Assembly: GCA_963752285.1 (NCBI GenBank)
Contig: CAVVXN010000005.1
Location: 224,001 to 288,000, forward strand
DNA: 64,000 bases
Direction: 5' to 3'
Origin: an uncultured Planctomycetota bacterium
GTDB taxonomy: Bacteria > Planctomycetota > PLA2 > JAEUHO01
Numbering within the stretch: the first letter of the stretch is position 1; every line of letters starts with the position of its first letter. A program made the translations under genes and the position numbers. Below the pieces are notes generated by a model. The model had not been told where the DNA came from and searched no databases. It saw nothing but the letters and a program-made list of their open reading frames with translations. This document shows, in pieces, positions 1 through 9,884 of the stretch.

Positions 1-1332
1 CTGGACGAGCTCCGCGCGGGCGAGGTGGGGGCCGAGGCGCGCCTCTTCGGCCTGCTCGGGCGCCCGCCGTCCCGCTCGCCGTCACCCGCGATGCACAACG
101 CCGTGTTCCGGTACCTCGACCGGGACGCGGTCTATGTCCCGGTCGAGGACCTGGATCCCGCCGCGGCCCTCGCCCTGCCCTTCGACGGGTTCAGCGTGAC
201 GACGCCCTACAAGGACGAGGCGCTCGGTCTCGCGGACTCGGCCGACGACCGCGCCCGCCGGATCGGCGCCGCGAACACGCTGCTCCGGGGGCCGGCCGGG
301 GGGTGGCACGCTGCGAACACCGACGCGGACGCCGTTGCGGACCTCGTGCCCTCCGCGCCCCCGGGCGCCGGGGCGTTCGTCTACGGAGCGGGCGGCTTCG
401 CGCGCGCCGCGGCGCTCGTGCTCGTCGAGAAGGGCTACGACGTGCGCGTCGGTGGACGCGACACGGAGCGCGCGCTCGCCGTCGCCGAGGCGGTGGGGGC
501 GCGCGCGGCCGGCGACCGGTACGCCCGCGTCGAGTCCGACCGCGTGCTGGTGAACGCGACGCCCGCCGGCGTGCGGGGCGAGGCGCCCTCACCGCTCCTC
601 GCGTCGCCGCTCGCGGGCCTCCTGGTGCTCGACGCCCCGTACGCGGCCGCGGGTCGGCCCACCGGGCTCGCCGTCGCCGCGCGCGCCGCGGGGGCCGAGC
701 TCGTGGACGGAAGGAGCCTTCTCGTGGCGCAGGCGCGCGGCCAGGCGGAGCGCTTCGCCGGCGTCCGCGCGGACGACGGGGTGCTCCGTCTCGCGTGCGA
801 TCCGCCAGAGGCGCTCGTCCTCCTCGGTCTTCGGGGCGCGGGCAAGTCTACGGTCGGGCGCGCGGTCGCCCGACGCCTCGGGCGTCCGTGCCTCGACCTC
901 GACGAGGAGGTGCGTCGCGCTACGGGACGATCGCCCGCCGACTGGATCCGTGACGAAGGCGAGGGTGCGTTCCGCGAGGTCGAGGCCGCCGCGCTGGCGC
1001 GCCACGCCGCGCGGCGTGGACTCGTGATCGCCGCGGGCGGCGGGGTCACGGAGCGCCCGTCCTCGGTTCGCCTGCTCCGGTCCGAGACGTGGCCCGTGTG
1101 GCTCGATCTGCCGGCCGAGGCAGCGGCGGCGCGCGTCCGCGCCTCGGGGGAGGTGCGCCCCCGGCTCGCGGGCACGGCGTCGGAGGAGGAGGAGGCACGG
1201 CTCCTGCTCGCGCGCCGCGCGCCGGCGTGGACGACCCTCGCTCGCGCGCGCGTGGACGCGACCCGGCCCGTCCCCGACGTGGCCCGGCGGATCGCGTCTC
1301 TCTGGGCTTCGAGCCGCGTCCGGTCGCCTTGA
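1..1332 (+). CDS. aroE: Shikimate dehydrogenase-shikimate kinase fusion (AroE-AroK), 5'-truncated by the window edge
   Basis: Frame is open from base 1. AroE motifs SPSPAMHN, GFSVTTPYK, GAANT, NTD, GAGG and VNATP are followed by an AroK P-loop GLRGAGKSTVG, DLD, GEGAFR and GGG. Confidence 0.9.
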   Translation: MDELRAGEVGAEARLFGLLGRPPSRSPSPAMHNAVFRYLDRDAVYVPVEDLDPAAALALPFDGFSVTTPYKDEALGLADSADDRARRIGAANTLLRGPAGGWHAANTDADAVADLVPSAPPGAGAFVYGAGGFARAAALVLVEKGYDVRVGGRDTERALAVAEAVGARAAGDRYARVESDRVLVNATPAGVRGEAPSPLLASPLAGLLVLDAPYAAAGRPTGLAVAARAAGAELVDGRSLLVAQARGQAERFAGVRADDGVLRLACDPPEALVLLGLRGAGKSTVGRAVARRLGRPCLDLDEEVRRATGRSPADWIRDEGEGAFREVEAAALARHAARRGLVIAAGGGVTERPSSVRLLRSETWPVWLDLPAEAAAARVRASGEVRPRLAGTASEEEEARLLLARRAPAWTTLARARVDATRPVPDVARRIASLWASSRVRSP

Positions 1333-1470
1333 CGCTGGCAGGGGGCGGCGTAGACTCCGACTGGTTCGCGCCCCGGGCCCGCGCGCACCGCGGGGGACGA
1401 TCGGTCGGCCGGTGCGAGTCGCGCCCTCGAACCGGTTCCACGGCGAACCACGGCGGCTCTGGAATCTCGC

Positions 1471-3963
1471 GTGGACTGCGAACGCCGACAGTCTCCTCTT
1501 CTCGTGGCGATCGCCGGTGCGGGTCTCGTGCTGGGGGTCTCGCTGGGCCCGAGGTGGGTTTCGTCCGCCGTCGCCGCGCCCGAAGGCGCCGACGTGCCGG
1601 TCGCACCCCCGCCCGGCCCCGCCGCGCCGCCCGCGGCCGAGGAAGACCTCTTCCAGAAGCTCCTCGCGGCGCAGGGCGACGGCGAGTGGCGCGGCATCCT
1701 GAAGCGCATCCTGAAGGAGAAGGACGGCGTCTGGCTCGGCCAAGTCCTCGGCGGGCTCTTCCGAGATCGAGCGCTCTACGCCGACAAGGCGGCGCTGGTC
1801 GCGTACACCGCCGCCTACCTCTGCGACGACCACGACCACGCCAAGGTCCTGCTCGGCGAGGACATCGTGCGTCGTGCGTTCCGCGATCCCACGTTCCTCG
1901 CGGCGCTGCGGCGCCATCTCACGGCGGGGGAGGGCGGCTGGTCCCGCCTGCTCGACATCGCGCGCGGGATGCTCTCGTCCACCGATCCCCGCGCGCGCGC
2001 GGTCGCGGCGTGGTTCCTGAGCTGCGAGGACGGCGACCTCCGCGAAGCGCTGCGCAAGGACCTCGTCGGCCAGGCCAAGGCCGACCTGCCGTTCCTGGCG
2101 ACCGCCGACCCGAACGCGTCCGAGCTCGCGTCGGCGTACCTGGACGCGTTCCAGCAGCTCTTCGCGTACCGGTTCGCGTCCGTCGAGGAGGCCGTCACGA
2201 CGCTCGAGAGCCTGGCGGGCCTCGATCTCGCGAGCGTGAACGCAGAGCTCTCGCGACGGAAGGACGCGCCCACGTCGCAGATGGGCAGGAAGCTCCTCGA
2301 GTACGGCAAGCGTCTCGTGGACGCCGCGGTCCAGTCGGGCAACCTCGACGACTTCGAGGAGTTCCTCGACCCGGCCCGGACGCAGATGCGGGAGCTCCGG
2401 CGCTACGCGGTCCAGAAGGTCGCCGCGCTGAGCCCCCGTGCGGATCCCGCCTGGACGAGGATCCTGGCGCTCATCCTGAGGGGTGAGGACGACGCGCAGA
2501 CCCTGAAACGCGCGCTCGACATCCTGGACGGCGTGGCCTTCGCGGAGGTCCCGGACGAGGCGCGGAAGCTCTCGTCGGCCATCGCGAGGCGCCTGCTGGA
2601 GCGCGGCCCGGACGGGCTCCGGGAGCGCGACGCCATCGACGACCGCGTGAAGATGGCCAAGGACCTGGGCGTCCTGCGCCAGCGAACGCCCGAGATCGAC
2701 CAGATCCTCGCGCAGTCGGGCTCCATGTCGCAGCCCGTGCTCGTCGAGGTGGTGCGCTCCCTCGGCAGCCTCGCGGGCGCGAACGCGAAGGAGCTCGGCT
2801 CGATCTACGCCGAGGCGAAGGGCGGCGACGACCGCGCGCAGGCGGTCCGCGCGGCGGTGATGGACGCGCTCGGTCGCCCCGGGCTCCGGACGAGCCCCGA
2901 CGAGACCGTCGCCGCGGCCGCCCTCCTGCGCGAGGTGTTGACCGGAGAGGGTGCGGAGGGGGTCGGACGCGCCGCCTCGACCACGGTGCGCAAGGCGGCG
3001 CTGCGGAGCCTCGGCTCGTATCCCGGCGCGCAGACCGCGGAGGTGCTCCGTCGCTACGCGCTGGGCGACGACGCCGACGAGGCGAAGGTCGCGATCGTCG
3101 TCCTCGGCAAGGCGGCGTTCCAGGACGACGCGGCGGTCGGCGCGCTGGCCGACATCGCGCGGAGCGACACCACGCCCGTGGACCGGAGGACGCAGGCGCT
3201 CCAGTCCCTCGCCGCGCTCGGGCACGGGGCGCCGGCGGGCCGTCTCTCCGTCGCGCACGACGTGGTGACGGCGCTCCTCGCCTCGAAGACCGCGCAGCCG
3301 GAGGTCCGGTTCGAGGCGGCCAAGACCGCCGCGTCGCTCGGCGACGCCGCGGCGCTCGGCGACGTGGCCGACTTCTGGCTCGAGGACCCGTCGCGGCCCG
3401 TCGGAACCGGAGCGCTCGCGGACCTGATCGAGGACGCGGCGCGCGCCGACGACACGCACGACGACCAGATCGCCGAGGTGCTCCTCGACAAGGTCTTGAA
3501 GAAGGCGCCGTGGTCGGGTGTGGACGAACTGTCCGCGAGGCTCGTCCAGCAGCACGCGCGAAACGGGCTCCGTCTCGCGCGCGCGAAGCTGCTGTTCGAG
3601 CGCGCCACGACCGCCGACCTGTCGTCGGCGGAGGCGCAGGCGTCGCTCGAGCCGGCGGACCAGTTGCTCGTGGCCGTGCTCGGGGCCGACCCGAAGGACG
3701 ACGCGACCGGGGCGCTCCCGCTCCGCGTGAAGGTGCAGATCGCGCTCGGCTCGCTCGCGCCCGACGACGCGACGCGCAAGGGGCACCTCCTCCTCGCGGT
3801 GCAGCTCGCGGCGAAGAGCGGACAGGCCGAGACGGCCAAGCTCGGTCGGGGCGCCGCCGACACGCTCGCTCAGCCGCCGCTCCTCGCCCTCCTGACGCCC
3901 GAGGAGAAGAGCCGCCTCGACCAGGACCACGCGGCGATCGACCGGGTGCTCAAGGGCTCCTGA
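1471..3963 (+). CDS. Exported HEAT-repeat/alpha-solenoid hypothetical protein
   Basis: 830-aa ORF with strong GC3 bias, a hydrophobic N-terminal signal-like segment and HEAT-like repeats (AVRAAVMDALG, TVRKAALRSLG, EVRFEAAKTA). Start uncertain. Confidence 0.75.
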   Translation: MDCERRQSPLLVAIAGAGLVLGVSLGPRWVSSAVAAPEGADVPVAPPPGPAAPPAAEEDLFQKLLAAQGDGEWRGILKRILKEKDGVWLGQVLGGLFRDRALYADKAALVAYTAAYLCDDHDHAKVLLGEDIVRRAFRDPTFLAALRRHLTAGEGGWSRLLDIARGMLSSTDPRARAVAAWFLSCEDGDLREALRKDLVGQAKADLPFLATADPNASELASAYLDAFQQLFAYRFASVEEAVTTLESLAGLDLASVNAELSRRKDAPTSQMGRKLLEYGKRLVDAAVQSGNLDDFEEFLDPARTQMRELRRYAVQKVAALSPRADPAWTRILALILRGEDDAQTLKRALDILDGVAFAEVPDEARKLSSAIARRLLERGPDGLRERDAIDDRVKMAKDLGVLRQRTPEIDQILAQSGSMSQPVLVEVVRSLGSLAGANAKELGSIYAEAKGGDDRAQAVRAAVMDALGRPGLRTSPDETVAAAALLREVLTGEGAEGVGRAASTTVRKAALRSLGSYPGAQTAEVLRRYALGDDADEAKVAIVVLGKAAFQDDAAVGALADIARSDTTPVDRRTQALQSLAALGHGAPAGRLSVAHDVVTALLASKTAQPEVRFEAAKTAASLGDAAALGDVADFWLEDPSRPVGTGALADLIEDAARADDTHDDQIAEVLLDKVLKKAPWSGVDELSARLVQQHARNGLRLARAKLLFERATTADLSSAEAQASLEPADQLLVAVLGADPKDDATGALPLRVKVQIALGSLAPDDATRKGHLLLAVQLAAKSGQAETAKLGRGAADTLAQPPLLALLTPEEKSRLDQDHAAIDRVLKGS

Positions 3964-4145
3964 GCCGGGCTCCCGAGCTCGGCCCCCCCGGGGGGGAACG
4001 GCGGCCGCGGTCGGCGCTCCGCCGCGCGAAGCCGGGCCGCACACCGAGCCCATCGACGAGAGGCAGCCCATCGAGAGGGAGTCCGTCGCCGGGTTGCGGG
4101 GGGCGGTGGGCCGGCGCTGGACTCCGGAGCGGTGTCCGTCGGGAC

Positions 4146-5549
4146 CTACCGGTTGTCGGTCGGGGGCTCCTCGTCGCTGCCGCCCGTGATCGACGGGAAC
4201 CGGATCTGGCCGTGCGTCGCCCGCTTCAGGAAGAGGAGCGCGAAGCACGTGTCGAGGACGGCCCGCGGCTCGAGCGTGGTCTTCGTGTCCCACGAGCCGT
4301 CTTCGTTCTGGTGGTTCAGGAGCTGCTGCCCCATCTCGCTGTACCAGAGGTGATTTCCGATCTTCTCGCCACCGATGAGGTCCATCGCACGCTCGACCGA
4401 GTACAGCCAGTAGAGGTGGTAGATGTTCGAGTGGTTCTTCTTGGGGTTCTGGAAGGGGCTCCAGTTCTCCTCGAGCCACGCCATGCCGTCCTCGACCGAC
4501 TGCTGGACCTTCTGGGCGTCCGCGCGAGCGTCCCACACGTCCCGCTTCTTGCCGCCCTCCATGAGGGCGTGGCGCGCCATCATCACGTTCGCGATGCCGC
4601 ACGCGGTCATGCTGCCCACCGCCTGACCCTCCTCGGGGTCGGGCTGTCCCTTGATGTACGCGAACCCCCGCGCCTTGCGGTGGATCTCCTTCCCCGACAG
4701 GGGGTCCTTCGTGACGACCTCGGCGCCGTCGTCGTCCTGCTGGGCCAACGAGAACTTGAGGATGTCCTCCCACACCTCGGGTTTGGTCGAGATGTGCAGG
4801 CGGTCCGCCGCGAACAGCGCCAGCGTCGAGAGCTGCGTGCTGGACAGGTCCTGGTCGCCGCCGGGCGTCGCGCCCGAATTTCCCGTCACGTTGTAGCGCC
4901 AGCCCAGACCCTTCCGCTTCTCGATCAGGTAGTCGTGGAGCTTCTGGGCCCAGCGCCTCTCGGCGCCTCCGAGCTTCAGCTTCTCCTCGTTCTTCTGCGC
5001 CGCCCGGCTCGTCTTGTACGGATCCGCGGTGGCGAGCACGGCGAGGAGGAGGATGCTCGTCTCGTAGGAGCCGGCGGGCTTCTCGTAGTGCTTCTTCAGG
5101 TACTCGAAGCCCTTGCGGACGTGCGGCTCCCGGTCGGACTCCTTGCACTTCAGCATCGTGTAGACGGCGAGCGCCGTGGGACCGGCCGGATGGGGATACA
5201 TGCTCCCCTGCTGTTCCTTCCCGCCGTACGGCTTGCCGCCCGAGATGTTCCCCCAGGACCCGTCGTCCTTCTGGGCCTTCTTCAACCAGTCGAGGCCCTT
5301 GCGGATGGCGTGATCGACCTGCTCCGCGGTGAAGCTCGTCGGCGAGTCGAAGAAGTCGCCTCCGTCGTCGTCGCCGCCGTCCTTTCCGTTGTCGCCGCCG
5401 TCGGGCTTCCCGGGAGGGCCACCTCCGTTCCCGCCGTCGTCACCGGCGACCGCGGAACGCATCGGACCCCCGGGCAGGACGATGCCGCCGAGCCCGACGA
5501 AGAGGAGGAGGGGAAGGAGCCAGACGAGGCCGTGGGCGGAGCGCTTCAT
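4146..5549 (-). CDS. Prenyltransferase/squalene oxidase repeat-containing exported protein
   Basis: QW-type repeats (KGLDWLKKAQKDDGSWG, LLNHQNEDGSWD) and DLSSTQLSTLAL; signal peptide after ATG at 5549. Confidence 0.8.
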   Translation of the reverse strand: MKRSAHGLVWLLPLLLFVGLGGIVLPGGPMRSAVAGDDGGNGGGPPGKPDGGDNGKDGGDDDGGDFFDSPTSFTAEQVDHAIRKGLDWLKKAQKDDGSWGNISGGKPYGGKEQQGSMYPHPAGPTALAVYTMLKCKESDREPHVRKGFEYLKKHYEKPAGSYETSILLLAVLATADPYKTSRAAQKNEEKLKLGGAERRWAQKLHDYLIEKRKGLGWRYNVTGNSGATPGGDQDLSSTQLSTLALFAADRLHISTKPEVWEDILKFSLAQQDDDGAEVVTKDPLSGKEIHRKARGFAYIKGQPDPEEGQAVGSMTACGIANVMMARHALMEGGKKRDVWDARADAQKVQQSVEDGMAWLEENWSPFQNPKKNHSNIYHLYWLYSVERAMDLIGGEKIGNHLWYSEMGQQLLNHQNEDGSWDTKTTLEPRAVLDTCFALLFLKRATHGQIRFPSITGGSDEEPPTDNR

Positions 5550-5618
5550 GCCAGGAGGATAGCACGGGAGACCCCGTCCAGACCCCCGGCCGGGCACGCG
5601 CCCGGGCGCGCGGAGCGG

Positions 5619-6647
5619 CTACCCGGGCCCCCCCCGGGAGCCGTAGTTCCGCTCCAGGAACGCACGGAGTCCGGGCCCGGCCACGGCCCGGCACCACGCC
5701 GCGTTCTCGCGGTACCAGAGGAGGGTCTGGTCGAGCCCCGGTTCCGGCGCCACGACCGGGCGCCAGTCGAGCGCGCGCCGCGTGGCGCCGTCGTCGAGAC
5801 CGTACCGGCGGTCGTGGGCCGGACGGTCCGCCACGTGTTCGGTCCGCGCCCCCGGCGCGCCGACGCGATCGAGGATCCGGCGGGCCACGTCGAGGTTCGT
5901 CCGGGGCGAACGGCCCGCAAAATGGTGCACGCTCCCGGCCTCGGCGCGCTCGAGCGCGGCGAGGAGGCCGGCGGCGTGGTCGTCCACGTGGATCCAGTCG
6001 CGAACCTGGGCCCCGTCCCCGTAGACCGGCAGCGCTTCCCCCGCGAGGGCGCGCAGCGCGAAGAGCGGGATGAGCTTCTCGGGCAGCTGGCGGGGCCCGT
6101 AGTTGTTCGTGCACCGCGTGATGACGACGTCCTGACCGTGGGAAAGGAACGCCGCGCGCACGAGGAGGTCGGCGGCGGCCTTGCTCGCGCTGTACGGAGA
6201 CGAGGGGGCGAGAGGCGCGTCGGGGGTCGCGTCCGCCCGGCCGTCGCGGTCGCCGTAGACCTCGTCGGTCGAGACCTGCACGAGTCGGATCCCCGCCTCG
6301 CGGCACGCGTCGAGGAGCACCTGCGCCCCCAGCACGTTCGTCCTCACGAACCGCGCCGCCTCGAAGAGGCTCTGGTCCACGTGACTCTCCGCCGCGAGGT
6401 TCACCACGGCGGTGGGGGAGAGCTCCCGGAACACCCGCGCGACGGCGGCCGCGTCGGCGACGTCCCCCTCGACGAACGCGTGCCGGGAGGGATCGGGAAG
6501 CCCCTCCAGGTTCTCGAGGTGCCCGGCGTACGTCAGGAGGTCGAACGTCAGCACACGCCCCGGCGGGCTCGCCTCGAGCGCGCGCCGCACGAAGGCGCTC
6601 CCCACGAACCCGGCGCCGCCGCAGACGAGGAGCCGATCCCGGAACAC
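5619..6647 (-). CDS. rfbB: dTDP-glucose 4,6-dehydratase
   Basis: GGAGFVG, DLLTYAG, AAESHVD, STDEVYG, YSASK, NNYGP, PEKLIP, RDWIHV motifs. Confidence 0.93.
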   Translation of the reverse strand: MFRDRLLVCGGAGFVGSAFVRRALEASPPGRVLTFDLLTYAGHLENLEGLPDPSRHAFVEGDVADAAAVARVFRELSPTAVVNLAAESHVDQSLFEAARFVRTNVLGAQVLLDACREAGIRLVQVSTDEVYGDRDGRADATPDAPLAPSSPYSASKAAADLLVRAAFLSHGQDVVITRCTNNYGPRQLPEKLIPLFALRALAGEALPVYGDGAQVRDWIHVDDHAAGLLAALERAEAGSVHHFAGRSPRTNLDVARRILDRVGAPGARTEHVADRPAHDRRYGLDDGATRRALDWRPVVAPEPGLDQTLLWYRENAAWCRAVAGPGLRAFLERNYGSRGGPG

Positions 6648-6706
6648 GCGGCGAGTCTACCCGTGCGGGGCTCCCGGGCCGTCGGCGCGGTGGGCGCCGG
6701 CCCCCC

Positions 6707-7300
6707 TCAGTGGACCGGACAGGGGTAGCGGCCGTGCGCCTTCAGCCACGCCGCGACCTCGCGCATGCGGGCGCGGTACCGGTACGGCTCCTCGAACGCG
6801 ACGGGCCCGGCGCGCTTCGCGGCCGCGAGGACCGCGGCGGCCTCGTCGGGGAAGCCGTTGTCGCCGAAGTGGCTCACGGTCTCGACCGCGAGTCGCGCCT
6901 CCACGACGAGCACGGAGTAGGAGCGGCCGTCCAGCGCCAGCCACGCGAGGGTACGTCCGTACGGGTCCTTCTGCCGCGCCCGTCGGATCTCGACCTTGCG
7001 CGCCACGGCCAGCGCGCCCTCGAGGAAGCCGGTCGCCTCCTCGCCGAAGGGCTGTCCGTAGGGGATGTCGTGCTGCGGGTGGAAGGTCTCGGGCGTGTCG
7101 ATCCCGAGGAGGCGCACGACCTCCACGCCCTCGGGCCATCGGATGTCGATGGAGTCACCGTCGTCCACCGTGACGAGGTCTTTCGGCACGTTCACGGCGG
7201 GCGGCGGCTTCTCGTCGCCCGCGTCGGCACGAGACCCCGTGCCGGCGAGCAGGAACGACCCGATCGACCCGAGCAGCAACGCGAGAACGACGAGGCGCAT
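6707..7300 (-). CDS. Thermonuclease (SNase-like) family exported nuclease
   Basis: Signal peptide, then VDDGDSI, VRLLGIDTPE, QPFGEEA, DPYGRTLA (staphylococcal nuclease motifs). Confidence 0.85.
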   Translation of the reverse strand: MRLVVLALLLGSIGSFLLAGTGSRADAGDEKPPPAVNVPKDLVTVDDGDSIDIRWPEGVEVVRLLGIDTPETFHPQHDIPYGQPFGEEATGFLEGALAVARKVEIRRARQKDPYGRTLAWLALDGRSYSVLVVEARLAVETVSHFGDNGFPDEAAAVLAAAKRAGPVAFEEPYRYRARMREVAAWLKAHGRYPCPVH

Positions 7301-7435
7301 GATCCCTCCGGCAACGGGTCCGCCGCCGAGTCTACGGACGACCTCCGTCACTCCGGCCCGCGACGCGCTCGCCGCGCCGTTCCTGGCCCCGGCCTCCGCC
7401 CCGGCGTACGCTCCGCCCCTCCCCAGGAGGCCGGC

Positions 7436-7708
7436 GTGGCATCCGAGAAGGTCTACGAGGTCGAGGTCCCGGAGTCGCTCTCGCTCGAGGAGGGGCTCCA
7501 CGAGGCGCGCGCACGCGCACGCGGCGTGGGCATCCGCCTCGAGGGCGACGTCACCGGCGGGACCTTCTCCGGTCCGGCCGAGGGCCGATACACGGTCTCC
7601 GGCCGCCGGCTCCGCCTCGAGGTCTCCAAGAAGCCGGCCTTCGTGCCCTGGGCGCTCGTCGAGTCGGGCCTGCGGAAGGTGTTCGGGAACGCCACGCCCG
7701 CCTCGTGA
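7436..7708 (+). CDS. Small hypothetical protein (90 aa)
   Basis: AGGAGG RBS at 7425-7430 before GTG 7436; coding-like codon usage (VASEKVYEVEVP...KKPAFVPWALVESGLRKVF). Confidence 0.7.
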   Translation: MASEKVYEVEVPESLSLEEGLHEARARARGVGIRLEGDVTGGTFSGPAEGRYTVSGRRLRLEVSKKPAFVPWALVESGLRKVFGNATPAS

Positions 7709-7857
7709 GGCCCGTGAGGCCGTGGGACCCGTGCGCCTCGTGAGGTCCCTGGCGCAGGACTCCGCTCCGGCGGCCCGGTTCGGCCCCGCGCGGTCCACCG
7801 CGTAGAATCCGGCGGGAGCCCGCCCTGCGCCGCGCCGTCGCGATCCTCCGTCTCCTC

Positions 7858-9456
7858 GTGCTGGGGCTCGCCCTCTCCCTGGCCGGGGGCGGCCTCGCCC
7901 CCGGCGTCGCGCGCGCCGGCGACGACGCCTCGGCCGCGCCCGCGCCGGACGACTTCCAGCCCGCACCCGACCCGAAGACGCGGCCCGGGCCGGACGCGAC
8001 GCTGTTCGGGGAGGCGGCGGACCTCCAGGGGAAGGGTCGCTACGTGGAGGCGCGTCGGCGCTTCTGGCGCCTCCTCGACGAGTACCCGGACTCGCCGTAC
8101 GCCCCGGAGGCGCGCGACCGGTCCGATCCGAATGCCTTCCTCGGCGTCACGCGGATGACCCCGGCCGCGCCCGCGTCGAACCGCATCGACGTCGCGCTGA
8201 TGGGGGACGGGTACCTCCTGTCGCGACAGGATCGATTCGACAAGGCCGCGGTGGCACACCTGAAGGTCCTCTTGCACGAGCCGGTGTTCGCGGAATACGC
8301 GTCCTACTTCGCGTTTTGGCGCTTCAACCTCGCGAGCCAGGAGACGGGCGTGGACGAGGTCGAGGCGCCCCCGGCGGACGAGGAGGAGGCGGCGCGTCTC
8401 CAGAAGCACCCACGTCGCGTGCGCACGTTCTCCACCGCCCTCGACTGCAAGGCCGCGGGACCGCAGGGGCAGGTGATGGCGAGCCCGGAGCGGGTCGCGC
8501 ACTACCTCTCGTACCTCCCCGAGAACGACGGTCTCGCGCTGGTCTTCGCGCGGCTCGGCCAGCTCGGCATGGGCGGGATGGGCATCGCCACGACCGCGCC
8601 GCGCGGGGTCGTCGTGCACGAGTTCGGGCACGCGTTCGCAGGTCTGCTCGACGAGTACGCGATCTACCCGGGGGAGCCCTCGGGACAGGTGGACTCGGCC
8701 AACACGACGACGCGGCCCGACCGCCCGCCCTGGCAGCACTTCCTCGACCACAAGGTGCCGGGCGTGGGCGTGTACGAGGGCGGCGCCACGTTCCAGAAGG
8801 GCGTGTGGCGGCCCGCCGTCACCTGCGCCATGAACACGGGGGGCGGCGCGTACTGTCCCGTCTGCCGCGAGGCGACGCTCCTCACGATCTACACGTACGT
8901 GAGCCCGATCGACCAGGTGACTCCCGACGCGAAGGAGGTCGTGCGCGGCCCGGACGGGTGGCCTCCGATCGAGGTCGTGCCCATGCAGCCCGCGACGCAC
9001 GACCTCGAGGTGGAGTTCCGCCTCGGTCCCGCGCCGGAGGTCACGCCGAAGACCGACCCGGGCGACACGCCCGAGGACCGGTTCGGCGACGAGCTCCTGA
9101 CGCCGGCCGAGCGCGAGATGTGGAAGCGCATCCAGGAGCGCCGGAAGGCGGAGGGGCGGAGCGCGGCGCTGCCCGAGCTCCTCCCCTCGACGCAAAGACG
9201 CCGCGCCGAGGGCACCGCCGGGGACCCCCCGCCGCCCGGGGACGCCCTCCGGTCGCGGCGGCGGCACGACCGCGAACGCGGCGTGGACGTCGTGACGCCG
9301 GTGCTCCCCGACCTCGCGCCGGGGCGTTGGCTCCTGACCGTCCGCGTCCAAGACGACGCCAGGCCGCGCGGCGCGAAGTTCCCCTGGGTGCTCAGGGACC
9401 CGCGCGGCCTCCTCGAGGCGCGGCACGCCTGGATCCTCGTGGTCCCCGCGCCGTAG
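7858..9456 (+). CDS. M64 family (IgA peptidase-like) zinc metallopeptidase, exported
   Basis: NRIDVALMGDGY, HEFGHAFAGLLDEY zinc motif, YEGG...GVWRP...CAMN...YCPVC; signal peptide and a TPR-like N-terminal helix pair. Confidence 0.85.
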   Translation: MLGLALSLAGGGLAPGVARAGDDASAAPAPDDFQPAPDPKTRPGPDATLFGEAADLQGKGRYVEARRRFWRLLDEYPDSPYAPEARDRSDPNAFLGVTRMTPAAPASNRIDVALMGDGYLLSRQDRFDKAAVAHLKVLLHEPVFAEYASYFAFWRFNLASQETGVDEVEAPPADEEEAARLQKHPRRVRTFSTALDCKAAGPQGQVMASPERVAHYLSYLPENDGLALVFARLGQLGMGGMGIATTAPRGVVVHEFGHAFAGLLDEYAIYPGEPSGQVDSANTTTRPDRPPWQHFLDHKVPGVGVYEGGATFQKGVWRPAVTCAMNTGGGAYCPVCREATLLTIYTYVSPIDQVTPDAKEVVRGPDGWPPIEVVPMQPATHDLEVEFRLGPAPEVTPKTDPGDTPEDRFGDELLTPAEREMWKRIQERRKAEGRSAALPELLPSTQRRRAEGTAGDPPPPGDALRSRRRHDRERGVDVVTPVLPDLAPGRWLLTVRVQDDARPRGAKFPWVLRDPRGLLEARHAWILVVPAP

Positions 9457-9605
9457 CCCCGTGCGCTCGTGGACCGCGCGGCGCCCGGCCGGGGGGCGCC
9501 CGGGGGCGGCCGGCCGGACGGAGGGCGCCCCGCGCCGCGTGGACCGTGAGCGGGACATCCGGGCTACCCTGTGGTTCAATTCGGGTTGGAGTCGGAGACC
9601 CGACC

Positions 9606-9881
9606 ATGCGCAAGACGATCCTCGGCCTCGCGATCGCGTTGACGCTGGTCCTCGTGCCGGCCGACGCGGCCTCCGCGCGCGGCGGTGGCGCACGGGGCGG
9701 CCGCGGCGGCGGAGGCCGCGGCACGGGTCCCGCACCGCGCAACGGCGGGTCGAGCAATGCGGGTTCCACGCAGCGTCCCTCCAACGGCCGCACGAAGAAG
9801 GATCAGGCCCGGCTCCGCGAGCGTGCGCAGATGGAGCTCCGCGAAGTGATCCTCGTCGACGCGGAAGCCGACCATCGCTGA
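9606..9881 (+). CDS. Small exported Gly/Arg-rich hypothetical protein (91 aa)
   Basis: GGAG upstream of ATG 9606; classic signal peptide MRKTILGLAIALTLVLVPADAASA followed by an RGG-rich stretch. Confidence 0.65.
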   Translation: MRKTILGLAIALTLVLVPADAASARGGGARGGRGGGGRGTGPAPRNGGSSNAGSTQRPSNGRTKKDQARLRERAQMELREVILVDAEADHR

Positions 9882-9884
9882 GCC

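Noticed and set aside
589..5148. 1519-aa minus-strand ORF and similar giant shadow ORFs (e.g. 36610-40341, 43595-47281)
   Set aside because: They overlap well-supported genes in other frames or strands, and are expected at this GC content.
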